Shown here: positions 9,945 to 19,660 of the stretch, one piece after another
How the letters are laid out: every line of letters starts with the position of its first letter
How positions within the stretch are numbered: position 1 is the first letter of the stretch
Origin: Terriglobia bacterium
GTDB taxonomy: Bacteria > Acidobacteriota > Terriglobia > 2-12-FULL-54-10
Direction of reading: 5' to 3'
Assembly: GCA_963666975.2 (NCBI GenBank)
Contig: CAXVYR010000004.1
Coordinates: 1,760,001 to 1,824,000 of the forward strand
DNA length: 64,000 nucleotides
Program-made: the position numbers and the translations under genes
The notes under the pieces: generated by a model
What the model saw: the letters and a program-made list of their open reading frames with translations, nothing else
Databases searched by the model: none
What the model was told of the DNA's origin: nothing

Positions 9945-10727
9945 ATGGTGGATTACGCGAATACCTATGCAGAGATGTACGACGGCGAACTGCTGAGACT
10001 GGCAGCAGAGCCGGATTCGCTCACCGAGAGCGCTCGAATTGTTCTCTTTGACGAGCTTAGCAGGAGGGGCTTGGGAGAGAATGAAATCCGAGCGTGGCAG
10101 CATAGTTCTGTGGATGCTGCACCGGTCCCTAAGAATGAAAGAAAAGAAATGACCGAAGAATTGGGGGGCCACCCTGGGTCCTGGTCCATGTTCGGCCAGT
10201 CGCACTTGAAACAGCCCGAGACGGAGGAATCCTTAGGCAGCGAAGACGAGGAAATGGCTCGCGAAAAGCCGGAGGAGCTATACGTGGACCAGGACAAGTT
10301 GGCTGAGGCCGAGCCGCTACTCCAGCGTTCACTGGCGATCTGGCAAAAGGTTTTCGGCCTGGAGCATCCGAACGTGGCCCAAAGCCTGAGTTTGCTGGCG
10401 GTGCTGTACAACGCTCAGGAGAAGTACGAGGAGGCCGAACGGCTCTTCCAGCAGGCTCTGGCAATCTGGGAGGCGGTCTGGGAAAAGAACCCCGAGGCGA
10501 GTCATGGTTTTACGGCGATGAACGGCATGAGCTTCAACCTCGCCATGCTGTTTATGCTCTACGAGCGGTGGCTGCCGATTGCGGAAAAGGCCCTTGGGTC
10601 CGAGCATCCGAACGTGGCCCAGGTTCTGGAGAACTACGCAGCCCTTCTACGCAAAATGAGGCGCGAGGATGAGGCAGAAGAAATGGAAGTCCGCGCCAAG
10701 GCGATCCGAGCACAGCACTCCCAATGA
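9945..10727 (+). CDS. tetratricopeptide repeat protein
   Basis: AEPLLQRSLAIWQKVFGLEHPNVA, ALGSEHPNVAQVLENYA. Confidence 0.82.
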   Translation: MVDYANTYAEMYDGELLRLAAEPDSLTESARIVLFDELSRRGLGENEIRAWQHSSVDAAPVPKNERKEMTEELGGHPGSWSMFGQSHLKQPETEESLGSEDEEMAREKPEELYVDQDKLAEAEPLLQRSLAIWQKVFGLEHPNVAQSLSLLAVLYNAQEKYEEAERLFQQALAIWEAVWEKNPEASHGFTAMNGMSFNLAMLFMLYERWLPIAEKALGSEHPNVAQVLENYAALLRKMRREDEAEEMEVRAKAIRAQHSQ

Positions 10728-10765
10728 GAAGGGCGGCAACAGGACCAGCAACGCCGATCATCATC

Positions 10766-10897
10766 TTCATCCGATTTCCTCCCACCCTAGACATAAGCCA
10801 TATCTCGAAAAGTTGAAAGCCTCTGCCGAAACTCCAATTTACCTCTTTGGTGGTTTTCGATGCAAGAATTCCCCGGGAAGAGGCAGCGGCGGTCCGC
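10766..10897. repeat. direct repeat copy 2 with decayed gene start (MKMMIGVAG)
   Basis: Aligns to 8735-8866; the adjacent minus-strand remnant resembles MNKAIGIAG. Confidence 0.9.
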
Positions 10898-10923
10898 TTA
10901 GCCTACGATTCACCTGGAAGGCG

Positions 10924-13077
10924 CTATCTCTTTTTATTGCTGTTGGTTACAGATGGCGGAGGGCATTGCTCCGAGTTGAAAGAACAGGCCGGTCCGGGTG
11001 TCTGCCCTGGCCCGAACTCAGCGGGCCACATTCGAGACTGCAACGCCGGATTATAGGGGAGCCGTTCCGAACCTTGTACCGAAAGCTTATCCCTATCGCA
11101 CTGCGCGCATGCCGCCAGCAGCCTGTCCACCTCCGGGCCGTCTAACGGCTTAGAGAAAAAATATCCCTGCCCGTACTCGCAATTCAGCTCCCTGAGCTGT
11201 TCCATTTGCTGCGCTGTCTCCACGCCTTCCGCAATGACTTCCATGCCCAGGTTATGGGCGAGCGCCACGATGGTCCGGGCAACGGCCGAATTTTTCCCAT
11301 TCACCCCCATCCCGGCAATAAAAGAGCGGTCGATCTTCAACACATCGATCGGAAAGCGATGCAGTGTGCTCAAGGAGGAATACCCGGTTCCAAAGTCATC
11401 CATGTGGGATTGCACGCTCAGGTCCCGCAGTTGCGAGAGCGTGTCGATGGCGGATTCGGCATTTTCCATGACCATGCTTTCGGTGATCTCCAGCTTCAAG
11501 CATCGTGCATCGAGGGCGGTGCCAGCCAAGGTTTCATTTATTTCATCAATCAGATTCGGTTGCGCAAGTTGTTTTCTCGACAGATTTACGCTGATGGACA
11601 ATTGCAAGGGATCGGAAATTTCGGCCTGCCAGGCGCTCATTTGGCGGCAGGCCTCGCGAAGAACCCACCTGCCGATGGGAACGATCAGCCCGGTTTCTTC
11701 CGCCACCGGGATAAATTCAGCGGGAGAAGATATCAACTCACAATTCGAATGCATCCAGCGCAGCAGCGCCTCAAACCCGATGAGCCTGCCTGTTTTCAGA
11801 GACACAATCGGCTGGTAGTGAATCAGCAGTTCTTGACGGTCAATGGCGCGCCGCAGGTTATTTTCCATCTCCAGGCGCGCCATGGCACGGTCGTGCATAT
11901 CGTTGTCGAACACCACATGGCGGCCTTTGCCCATTGCCTTTGCCTGGTACATGGCCGTGTCCGCGTCGCGCAGGACATTCTCCGGCTGGTCATAACTGGG
12001 CGAGATCAGGGTGATTCCAATACTCGCGTTGGTGAACACCTCGTGACCGGCAAACTGGAAAGGAGAGGACAGCGCTTCGTGGATCCGTTTGGCAACCAGC
12101 GTGGCGCCATAAATGTCCTCCAGCTTTTCCAGGAGGATCGTGAATTCATCTCCTCCCAGACGGGCAACCGTGTCTCCGGGCCGCAGGCACGTCTCCAGCC
12201 TGCGAGCCACCTCGATGAGCAATTGATCCCCGATCAAATGGCCGAGACTGTCGTTGATGACCTTGAACCGGTCGAGGTCCAGAAAGATCAAGCCGGCAAG
12301 GCTGGCCCCGCGCCGTTTTCCGCGTTTGACCGCGAGCGCGAGCCGGTCCATGAACAAGGTGCGGTTGGGGAGGCCCGTCAGCGCATCGTGGAAAGCGGCG
12401 CTGAGCGATGCCTCCTCGGCCGCTCTCCTCTTGGTGATGTCGGTCTGAGAGCCCGTCATGCGGACGGCCTTCTCATATGCGTTCCGGACTACAATTCCCC
12501 GGCTGAGCATCCAACGGGTTTGTCCGTTCTTGTGGACCATGCGATGCTCGTGTTCAAAGGAGGCAGTTTGTCCTTCCAGATGGGAAGCGATGGCCGCCTT
12601 CAACGGTCCCGGGTCCTCGGGATGAACCCGGCGGAACCACTCCTCCGGGCTGTTTCCAATCTCGCGCTCGTCGTACCCCAGCATGGATTTCCAGCGGGGC
12701 GAGAAGTAGACTTTGTCGCTTGTCAGATTCCAGTCCCAAAGTCCGTCGTTGGCGCCGCGGGCAGCAAGCCGGTACCGCTCGGCTTCCGCTTGTTGCTCCA
12801 GATGCTGGCGCAAGAAGAGGCCATAGGCCATCAACAGCTCCATCAGCAGCTCCGACGTAGCTCGCGCGGCGTGAATCATCGTTTGGTCCACAGATTCCCT
12901 GGCCCAGCGCTCCAGCGCTTGTGCATGAACTTCCGCGCTCTCTTCCAGCGGCGTGCCGCTTGCCAGCAGATCGTGTCCCAGCTCCGCAACCGCAACCAAG
13001 CGCTCCTCGGTTGGCTCTGCAACGTAGAGTTTCATCAAGTTGTAGTACTGCTCCGCAATGGGCTGTTGTTGTTTCAT
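10924..13077 (-). CDS. RsbU_N-like + PAS + GGDEF + EAL diguanylate cyclase/phosphodiesterase
   Basis: GANDGLWDWNL PAS domain; RPGD I-site and GGDEF; FEALLRW; DDFGTGYSSL; N-terminus resembles the RsbU N-terminal helical domain. Confidence 0.9.
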   Translation of the reverse strand: MKQQQPIAEQYYNLMKLYVAEPTEERLVAVAELGHDLLASGTPLEESAEVHAQALERWARESVDQTMIHAARATSELLMELLMAYGLFLRQHLEQQAEAERYRLAARGANDGLWDWNLTSDKVYFSPRWKSMLGYDEREIGNSPEEWFRRVHPEDPGPLKAAIASHLEGQTASFEHEHRMVHKNGQTRWMLSRGIVVRNAYEKAVRMTGSQTDITKRRAAEEASLSAAFHDALTGLPNRTLFMDRLALAVKRGKRRGASLAGLIFLDLDRFKVINDSLGHLIGDQLLIEVARRLETCLRPGDTVARLGGDEFTILLEKLEDIYGATLVAKRIHEALSSPFQFAGHEVFTNASIGITLISPSYDQPENVLRDADTAMYQAKAMGKGRHVVFDNDMHDRAMARLEMENNLRRAIDRQELLIHYQPIVSLKTGRLIGFEALLRWMHSNCELISSPAEFIPVAEETGLIVPIGRWVLREACRQMSAWQAEISDPLQLSISVNLSRKQLAQPNLIDEINETLAGTALDARCLKLEITESMVMENAESAIDTLSQLRDLSVQSHMDDFGTGYSSLSTLHRFPIDVLKIDRSFIAGMGVNGKNSAVARTIVALAHNLGMEVIAEGVETAQQMEQLRELNCEYGQGYFFSKPLDGPEVDRLLAACAQCDRDKLSVQGSERLPYNPALQSRMWPAEFGPGQTPGPACSFNSEQCPPPSVTNSNKKR

Positions 13078-13652
13078 CGCTGTAGGTTCTTGAAAACGAG
13101 AACTGCCGCATCGTCTCTTGCTTTGCCCCAGTCCTCCAAAAGTTTCCAGGCCAGCGGTTCCACCTCTCGGAGAACCGCGGAGTCATAACCGGACATATCC
13201 ATTATCTCTGCTACGCCATCCGTGGAGAGGATGACTAGATCGCCGGGCACGAGCGGCACAATTTCAGGCAACAAGGTTTTGTAGCCTCCACCGACGATGC
13301 CGGGGTCGCTGTTCAGTCTGCGGACCTTCTGGCCGGCGATTATCCCGCGCGTGTTGCCGACGCCGGCGTAGGTCAAAGTCGCCGCATCCGGCTCGATCAC
13401 GGCAATCCCCATTGCCACGCCTCGCGTGTGGCGAATGGCCGACTCGCAGCCGGCAAAGATGTCGGGCAGCGAGTCCTGGAGATGAACCGCTACATAGTCG
13501 AGCGCAGCGCTGGCCGCGACCTCAGCGCCCTTGCCGTGCCCCAGGCCGTCGATGATGCATAGGATTGTCCTTCCGCCGGCTTGCCAGTGGCCGCCCGCAT
13601 CGCCGCAATGCGGGCCGTCATCCAGAGCGCGTTTGGCGAACGATACCTGCAC
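13074..13652 (-). CDS. rsbX: PP2C/SpoIIE-type phosphatase RsbX
   Basis: CGD, IDGLGHG, TRG, GVGN, STDG, DDA motifs; stressosome context. Confidence 0.85.
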   Translation of the reverse strand: MQVSFAKRALDDGPHCGDAGGHWQAGGRTILCIIDGLGHGKGAEVAASAALDYVAVHLQDSLPDIFAGCESAIRHTRGVAMGIAVIEPDAATLTYAGVGNTRGIIAGQKVRRLNSDPGIVGGGYKTLLPEIVPLVPGDLVILSTDGVAEIMDMSGYDSAVLREVEPLAWKLLEDWGKARDDAAVLVFKNLQR

Positions 13653-14106
13653 TTTTCCACTTCCTTGTCACAATCCGTGTTCCAACGTCAACCTTGGAAG
13701 AGATCTCGAATTCGTCCATGAGCCTTTTGACCCCGGGCAAGCCTCCACCCAGGCCGCCTCGGGTGGAATATCCGTCTTGCATCGCAAGGCTGATGTCCGG
13801 GATGCCTGGACCCTGGTCTTCCGACAGAACTTCCAGCCAGAAACCGCCCCGTTCTTCCACGGCCGAAATTTGGATCATGCCTCCCCCGCTGGCATGGAAG
13901 AACAAGTTGCTGGCCAGCTCGGAGACGGCGGTGGCAACTGCGAAGGTGGCTGCCCGAGAAAAACCTGTTTCTTCCGCAAGCGCCGCGGCCGCCTGGCGCA
14001 CCTGCGCGATGTGATGTTCCTGGGTGACCCGGAAAACCATCCGCTTTTCTTGTTCAGAGCATTGCAGGCCGTAGTCCTCTCCGGCTATGCAAGTTTCGGC
14101 TCTCAT
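13618..14106 (-). CDS. rsbT: RsbT-like serine kinase, second paralog
   Basis: SELASN, DQGPGIPD, DGYSTRGGLGGGLPGVKRLMDEF. Confidence 0.8.
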   Translation of the reverse strand: MRAETCIAGEDYGLQCSEQEKRMVFRVTQEHHIAQVRQAAAALAEETGFSRAATFAVATAVSELASNLFFHASGGGMIQISAVEERGGFWLEVLSEDQGPGIPDISLAMQDGYSTRGGLGGGLPGVKRLMDEFEISSKVDVGTRIVTRKWKSAGIVRQTRSG

Positions 14107-14513
14107 GGACGGCGCCCGCCTATCAGGATGCTGATTTTTGTATGCCCCGGCTCGGATTCGATCACGAACTCATCCACCAATCTTTTGGTGCCGGGCAGGC
14201 CGGCCCCGAGACTGCCTCCCGTAGAGAACCCCTCGGATAACGCCTGCTCGATGTCGGAAATGCCGGGGCCATGGTCTTCGATTGTGACCCGGAGCCAGGG
14301 CCCGGTTCCATTGGATTCACCTGTAATGTGGCAAACCCCATTCCCGGCGTACACAACCACGTTGCGTGTCAGCTCGGAGATCGCCGTAGCCAAACGCGTC
14401 TGGGCCGCGACACCAAAACCGAGGTTCCGCGCCATGTCCCGCCCCGTTCGGCGCGCGACCACAATGTCGGCAGAGCTGTTGATGGGAACTTCAAGCGGTT
14501 CCATGGACGGCAT
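14103..14513 (-). CDS. rsbT: RsbT serine/threonine kinase
   Basis: ATAISELTRN, DHGPGI, GFSTGGSLGAGLPGTKRLVDEF. Confidence 0.88.
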   Translation of the reverse strand: MPSMEPLEVPINSSADIVVARRTGRDMARNLGFGVAAQTRLATAISELTRNVVVYAGNGVCHITGESNGTGPWLRVTIEDHGPGISDIEQALSEGFSTGGSLGAGLPGTKRLVDEFVIESEPGHTKISILIGGRRP

Positions 14514-14880
14514 CCCTTTTTCTTATCATGCTCTGGAGTTTCTCCATGCCTTGATCGAGGTCGAGCGCGGTCTCGGCGCCGATCAATTCCCGGCCCATTT
14601 CGACCAAAGTGAGCGCCACGGCGGGCTGCATGCCGCAGATGACGGCCTCGGCCCCCAACAGCTGGGCCATACTCGCCGTATCATTCAGTGACCGAGCCAT
14701 AAAGGAGTCCACTACTTCGAGCGCTGTAATATCGATCACGATCCCCCTCGCTGCGGTTTCCGACACCATGCGCAACACGTCGGTCTGAAATTCGACTATC
14801 TCATCGTCCGACAGATCGATCTGGATCGAGGTTAAAAGGACGTCTTTGAGTCGCAGGATAGGAACTCTCATGGCACTCAC
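14491..14880 (-). CDS. rsbS: RsbS STAS antagonist
   Basis: VPILRL, SIQIDLSD, DITALEVVDSF, GMQPAVALTLVEMG. Confidence 0.92.
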   Translation of the reverse strand: MSAMRVPILRLKDVLLTSIQIDLSDDEIVEFQTDVLRMVSETAARGIVIDITALEVVDSFMARSLNDTASMAQLLGAEAVICGMQPAVALTLVEMGRELIGAETALDLDQGMEKLQSMIRKRDAVHGTA

Positions 14881-15791
14881 TCCGAGCTGGCTTGGACCTT
14901 GTATCCAATCAGGGCGAAGGCTTCCGCAACTCCCCTCGCCAGTTTGCCTCCCGAATTCAAAGCAGACGACTGGACGCCGATCTGGACCAGCGTTTGGGCG
15001 GCTTCCGGACTGATGCCGGTGATGATCACTTCCGACCCAAGCATCTTGGCGGCGCCGATAGCTTTGACCAGATGTTGTGCAACTTGAGAGTCGATCACGG
15101 GCACGCCGGTTACATCCAGGATGGTGACTCGGGCCTCGTTATCGACAACGGCCTGCAGCAGCGTTTCGTTCATCTGGGCCGCGCGGGCTGTGTCGATGAC
15201 ACCCACCAGGGGCAGAAGGACTATCTTGTCCCAGATTTTGATCGCCGGCGTGGACAGTTCCATGATGGAGCGCTTCTGCTGGTCGATGAGTTCGTCGCTT
15301 TTGCTATGGAAAGAGCTGGCTACAACTTCTGTATCGAATTCAATCAGTGCCGTCAGTGAGCGCAGAACATTTAGGGGCTCCAGCCTGGAAGAGTCCAGAG
15401 CGCACAAGAACTCGGTAAACCAACGCCGCGCAAAGGACATCGAGGAAAGGTACGCTGCGATCGGGAGCCCGATGCTCATGTGCACTTCCCCGATTATTTT
15501 CCGCCGTGCTATATACCGCTCGTCCACTCGGGCAGCCAGGAATTCGCGCCAATAGCTCTTCTGGAGGCCCTTGACACGTTCCAGAGTCTCCTGCTTGGAA
15601 AAGAACTGCCCGAATTCGGGCTGAGGGCGCAACCACACGTAGAAGTCCTCCACAAGATCATCCACGTGAGCTGACGCCATCTCACCGAAACGGCGAATCT
15701 CCTCGAGATTCGCCTCGGTTAGTCCGTATTGCTCTAATAGGCTCGCGGAGTTCGTGTAATCAGCGGAGTTCGTGTAATCAACGGAACTCAT
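14877..15791 (-). CDS. rsbR: RsbR with N-terminal sensor-globin (protoglobin-like) domain
   Basis: DFYVWL, RKIIGEVHMSIGL globin motifs; ELSTP..LPLVGVIDTAR STAS domain. Confidence 0.88.
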   Translation of the reverse strand: MSSVDYTNSADYTNSASLLEQYGLTEANLEEIRRFGEMASAHVDDLVEDFYVWLRPQPEFGQFFSKQETLERVKGLQKSYWREFLAARVDERYIARRKIIGEVHMSIGLPIAAYLSSMSFARRWFTEFLCALDSSRLEPLNVLRSLTALIEFDTEVVASSFHSKSDELIDQQKRSIMELSTPAIKIWDKIVLLPLVGVIDTARAAQMNETLLQAVVDNEARVTILDVTGVPVIDSQVAQHLVKAIGAAKMLGSEVIITGISPEAAQTLVQIGVQSSALNSGGKLARGVAEAFALIGYKVQASSE

Positions 15792-16156
15792 AGCTTGTCT
15801 CCTCTCTTCCTTACCTGTGCTATTCGCTTTGATATCAGCTTCCTGATCCCGCCAGGGGACAACCCGGCCAGATATGATCCAATGGGGAGGGAGGGGGGCA
15901 GATCAGCCTCACCTAGGTTCATCAGCAACTGCTGAAAGGACTGTTGTCCAGCGATCTAATTTATTGGACCCAAAGATCCTAAGACTTAGTGTCGTCGAGG
16001 ATTGTCTTTTCCTCACGAGCCTTGAGTATGAATCGTGCCGGAGAGCAGCTAAAATTTTGCCTGTAAGTTTTAGGCCTGGACTGCATGGGCACAGCCTTCG
16101 ATAATAGGAGTTTGCCTTTTTGAACTAATCAGATACCGTACGGGAGGGGGATTTTC

Positions 16157-17179
16157 ATGAAGATCACCGAAGGAAAACTAAAGCGCATGGGCGCCGTCGC
16201 CGGCGAGAACGGAGTCATCTCTGCCGCCGCCATGGATCAGCGGGGTTCCCTGCAGAAATCTATCGCCAAGGAAAAGGGGGTTGATAAGGGCGCCGTGACG
16301 CCGGAGATGATGTCGGAGTTCAAGACCGCGGTGACGCGCGTTCTCACCCCCCACGCCAGCGCCATTCTTCTGGACCCGGAGTTTGGCCTGCCCGCCATCC
16401 AGCAGAAGGACCCCAAAGCGGGGGTGCTGCTGGCTTACGAGCAAACCGGCTACGATCAATCCCAGCCGGGCCGTATTCCCAGCTTGATTCCTTACTGGAC
16501 GGTAAAGAAAGCCGTAGAGGCCGGAGCCGACTGTCTGAAGTTGCTGCTCTATTACAGTCCGGAGGAGCCGGAAAACGTCAAAGAGATCAAGCATGCCTTT
16601 GTGGCGCGCATCGGGGCCGAGTGCGAACACTGCCAGGTGCCGTTCTTTTTGGAGTTTGTGGGCTATGACTTCCATGGCGGCGATGAAAGCGGCGTGGAGT
16701 ATGCCAAAAAGAAACCGGAGATCGTCTCCAAAAGCATGGAGGAGTTCTCCAAGCCGGAGTATTGCGTGGACATCCTGAAGGTGGAGGTCCCAGTCAACAT
16801 GCAGTTTGTGGAAGGGGCGCGAGCAAACAAGAGCGGCCAGGCAGCCTACAGCAAGAAAGAGGCGATGGATCTGTTTCGCGGGGCGGCTAAGGTGGCGACA
16901 AAGCCGTTTATCTATTTAAGCGCCGGGGTCAGCGACGACCAGTTCCGCGAAAGCCTGGAGATGGCGATTGAAGCCAAGGTGAACTTCGCCGGGGTCCTCT
17001 GCGGACGGGCCACATGGAAGGAAGGCATCCCGGTCTATGCCAAACAAGGGCTGAAGGCCTTTGAGGACTGGCTGAGCGACCGCGGCGTGCAGAACATCCA
17101 GGCTCTCAACGAAGTCCTGAAAGGCGCTAAACCGTGGCATGCCAAGTACGGCGGCATGGCTAAGATCCAAAAAGGCTGA
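16157..17179 (+). CDS. lacD: tagatose-1,6-bisphosphate aldolase family (LacD/YihT)
   Basis: AMDQRGSL, AILLDPEFG, LAYEQTGYD, DILKVEVP, YLSAGV, GVLCGRATW. Confidence 0.85.
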   Translation: MKITEGKLKRMGAVAGENGVISAAAMDQRGSLQKSIAKEKGVDKGAVTPEMMSEFKTAVTRVLTPHASAILLDPEFGLPAIQQKDPKAGVLLAYEQTGYDQSQPGRIPSLIPYWTVKKAVEAGADCLKLLLYYSPEEPENVKEIKHAFVARIGAECEHCQVPFFLEFVGYDFHGGDESGVEYAKKKPEIVSKSMEEFSKPEYCVDILKVEVPVNMQFVEGARANKSGQAAYSKKEAMDLFRGAAKVATKPFIYLSAGVSDDQFRESLEMAIEAKVNFAGVLCGRATWKEGIPVYAKQGLKAFEDWLSDRGVQNIQALNEVLKGAKPWHAKYGGMAKIQKG

Positions 17180-17280
17180 TCAAGCTGCGGAGAGGAAATC
17201 CGTTGTCGCTGCCCTTCTCCGTCCGGTGAAGGAACCCGCATATTGCCGGGCGTTGCAATCGCAGGCAAGGGAATCTGGAA

Positions 17281-18390
17281 ATGTCATCTGTTTTCTTCGG
17301 TATTAACTTCTTCCCCACCGTTCTGCTCAGCCAGAAGAGCGGCGAGCAATATTACGAAGAGACTTTGCGGCTGAGCGTCCTGGCCGACCAACTCGGCTAC
17401 AGCCACGTGCGCACCGTGGAGCATTACTTTCGGCCGTACGGAGGGATGACGCCAAACCCGATTGTGTTCCTCACCATGGTGGCGGCCCGCACGGAGCGCA
17501 TCCGCCTGGTGACGGGCGCCGTCCTCCCCATCTTCAACCACCCGATCAAGCTCGCGGGAGAACTGGCCATGCTGGATTGCATCTCCCATGGCCGCCTGTG
17601 GGCTGGTTTTGCGCGGGCCTTCTTGCCGGAAGAGTTTGACGCCTTCCAGCGCAGCATGGATGAGAGCCGCGCCCGGTTCGAGCACGGCTTGGAGGCTATC
17701 ATCAAATTGTGGACCCAGGACGAGGTGATCCATGAGGACCCTTTCTGCCGTTTCGGACCGATCCGCATGATGCCGAAACCAGTCCAGCAACCACACCCTC
17801 CGATTTTCGTTGCTGCCATCGGCACACCGCGCAGCTTCGAGTGGGCGGGTCGTCAGGGCCACAACCTCATGGTCGTGCCTTACCTTGCAAAGTTCGAAGC
17901 CTTGCAGGAAAATCTGCAGCGCTATCGTGAGGCGTTTGCCGAGTCGCATCCGGACAAGAGGCCGTGGCCCATTCAGATGTCGTTTCACCTCCACGTCGCG
18001 GAAACGGATGCCCAGGCGCAGGCTGAGACGCAACCGCACATGGAACAATACCTGCAACTCTTCCGGGAAAGCGCCAGCGCCTGGGAGAACCGTTCCTCCA
18101 GCAACTACCCCGGCTACACTGAGCTGATTAACGAACTGGACCGAATGACGCTCGACCGAACTATAAAGGAGACGCGGGCCTTCATCGGCAGTCCCGACAC
18201 CATCGAGCGGCAAATCCGCTACATCTTGGAACAGTTCGGTGATATTGAACCCAGCCTCTCGATGCTGTACGGCAACATGCCCCTGGAGACGGCAGAGCGC
18301 AGTCTCCGCTTGTTTGCCGAGCAAGTGATGCCCCGCTTTCAGCAGCCCACCTTTGCGGCGGCTAGACCTAAGACTGCGGGAACCCGGTGA
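17281..18390 (+). CDS. LLM-class flavin-dependent oxidoreductase
   Basis: EHYF, AARTERIRL, HPIKLA, LDCISHGRL, PKPVQQPHPPI. Confidence 0.9.
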   Translation: MSSVFFGINFFPTVLLSQKSGEQYYEETLRLSVLADQLGYSHVRTVEHYFRPYGGMTPNPIVFLTMVAARTERIRLVTGAVLPIFNHPIKLAGELAMLDCISHGRLWAGFARAFLPEEFDAFQRSMDESRARFEHGLEAIIKLWTQDEVIHEDPFCRFGPIRMMPKPVQQPHPPIFVAAIGTPRSFEWAGRQGHNLMVVPYLAKFEALQENLQRYREAFAESHPDKRPWPIQMSFHLHVAETDAQAQAETQPHMEQYLQLFRESASAWENRSSSNYPGYTELINELDRMTLDRTIKETRAFIGSPDTIERQIRYILEQFGDIEPSLSMLYGNMPLETAERSLRLFAEQVMPRFQQPTFAAARPKTAGTR

Positions 18391-18476
18391 CCATCAGTTA
18401 TCACCATCAGTTTTATGGGCAGCTATCACCATCAGCTATCACGGGCACCGCAGACAGGGCAGAGGAGAGACGAGCC

Positions 18477-19604
18477 ATGAGCATGGAATCAAAAGCACCC
18501 ACCACCGCCGGAACCGGCAGTTCGCCGGGCGACCGAGAGCAGTTCTACGCTGATCTCGAAAAGCTCCAAATGGGGCCATTGTGGGAGGTCTACCAACGCG
18601 TCCTGACCCGGGAACCGAGCCGGCGCGAAGTTCCCTACCTCTGGCCATGGAGCAAGGTCCGGCCTCCGCTCCTGCGGGCGGGAGAGTTGGTTTCCACAGA
18701 CGAGGCCGAGCGGCGCGTGTTGATGTTCCTGAATCCCGGCAATCCCGCGCGGATCGGAGCCACGGCAACGCTCTATGCCGCCGCGCAATTGATCCTGCCT
18801 GGCGAATCGGCGCGCGCTCACCGGCATTCCCCAGCGGCCTTGCGCTTCACCATCGAAGGCAGCGGAGCCTTCACCTGCGTCGATGGGGAAAAGGTCCGGA
18901 TGTCGCCGGGAGACCTGGTCCTGACGCCCTCCATGGTCTGGCACGATCACGGAAACGAGCAGGATCATGCGGTGATGTGGCTCGACGGATTGGACCTCCC
19001 TCTGATGGCCTCTTTCAATTGCATGTTTCTCGATGAATTCACAAGCGATGTCCAGGAAGAGCGCATGCCGCCATCCCGTTCGGAACGGCTGTATGGGCGT
19101 GGCCTGTTTCCGTCCGGCTCTACTTCGGAAATAAAAGGACCGCACTCGCCGGTCTGGGCCTATCGTTGGACCGAGGCTCGGGAGGCTCTGGAGTGTCTCG
19201 CAAAGAGCGCCGGCCCGGATGAGTTTGACGGCTATCTGATCCGGTACGCGAATCCGGCCAGCGGCGGCGAGGTTTTCCCGACCATGGGCTGCCGTGTTCA
19301 GTTGATTCCCAAGGGCGTGCATTGCCGTGCGCGACGCCGGACATCGAGCTCCGTTTATCATGTGGCCGAAGGCAGTGGGTTTTCAATCCTGGACGGTGTG
19401 CGGTTCGACTGGCAGAAAGGGGATACCTTTGCCGTGCCGATCTGGTGCTGGCAGGAACACGCCGCCGCGTCGGGCGACGCCGTGCTGTTCTCGCTGACCG
19501 ACCAGCCGCTGCTGGCTCCGCTCGGCCTGCTGCGCAGCCAACCCTATCCTGAAAACAATGGATTTCAGGCTGTCCGTTCTGTTTTTGGAGAACAGCCGCA
19601 CTGA
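18477..19604 (+). CDS. gentisate 1,2-dioxygenase-like bicupin
   Basis: AERRVLMFLNPG, QLILPGESARAHRH, WHDHGN, WLDGLD, YANPASG. Confidence 0.88.
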   Translation: MSMESKAPTTAGTGSSPGDREQFYADLEKLQMGPLWEVYQRVLTREPSRREVPYLWPWSKVRPPLLRAGELVSTDEAERRVLMFLNPGNPARIGATATLYAAAQLILPGESARAHRHSPAALRFTIEGSGAFTCVDGEKVRMSPGDLVLTPSMVWHDHGNEQDHAVMWLDGLDLPLMASFNCMFLDEFTSDVQEERMPPSRSERLYGRGLFPSGSTSEIKGPHSPVWAYRWTEAREALECLAKSAGPDEFDGYLIRYANPASGGEVFPTMGCRVQLIPKGVHCRARRRTSSSVYHVAEGSGFSILDGVRFDWQKGDTFAVPIWCWQEHAAASGDAVLFSLTDQPLLAPLGLLRSQPYPENNGFQAVRSVFGEQPH

Positions 19605-19660
19605 GCCGCAGTCCTCTGTAGAAAAAACCAGGCAGGCACAATCACCAGGAAGACCTTCAA

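Noticed and set aside
11206-13188. 660-aa plus-strand ORF and similar long antisense ORFs (e.g. 29136-30164, 51121-52290)
   Set aside because: Shadow frames of well-supported genes in GC-rich DNA with no recognisable motifs
15745-15780. 18-bp tandem repeat at the rsbR 5' end (DYTNSA x2)
   Set aside because: Two in-frame copies only; simple slippage
15792-16156. c-di-GMP riboswitch upstream of rsbR
   Set aside because: GGCAAA is present on the minus strand but the GNRA hairpin and following elements are missing
18390-18445. CACCATCAG(C/T)TAT short repeats
   Set aside because: Irregular and without unique spacers; not CRISPR
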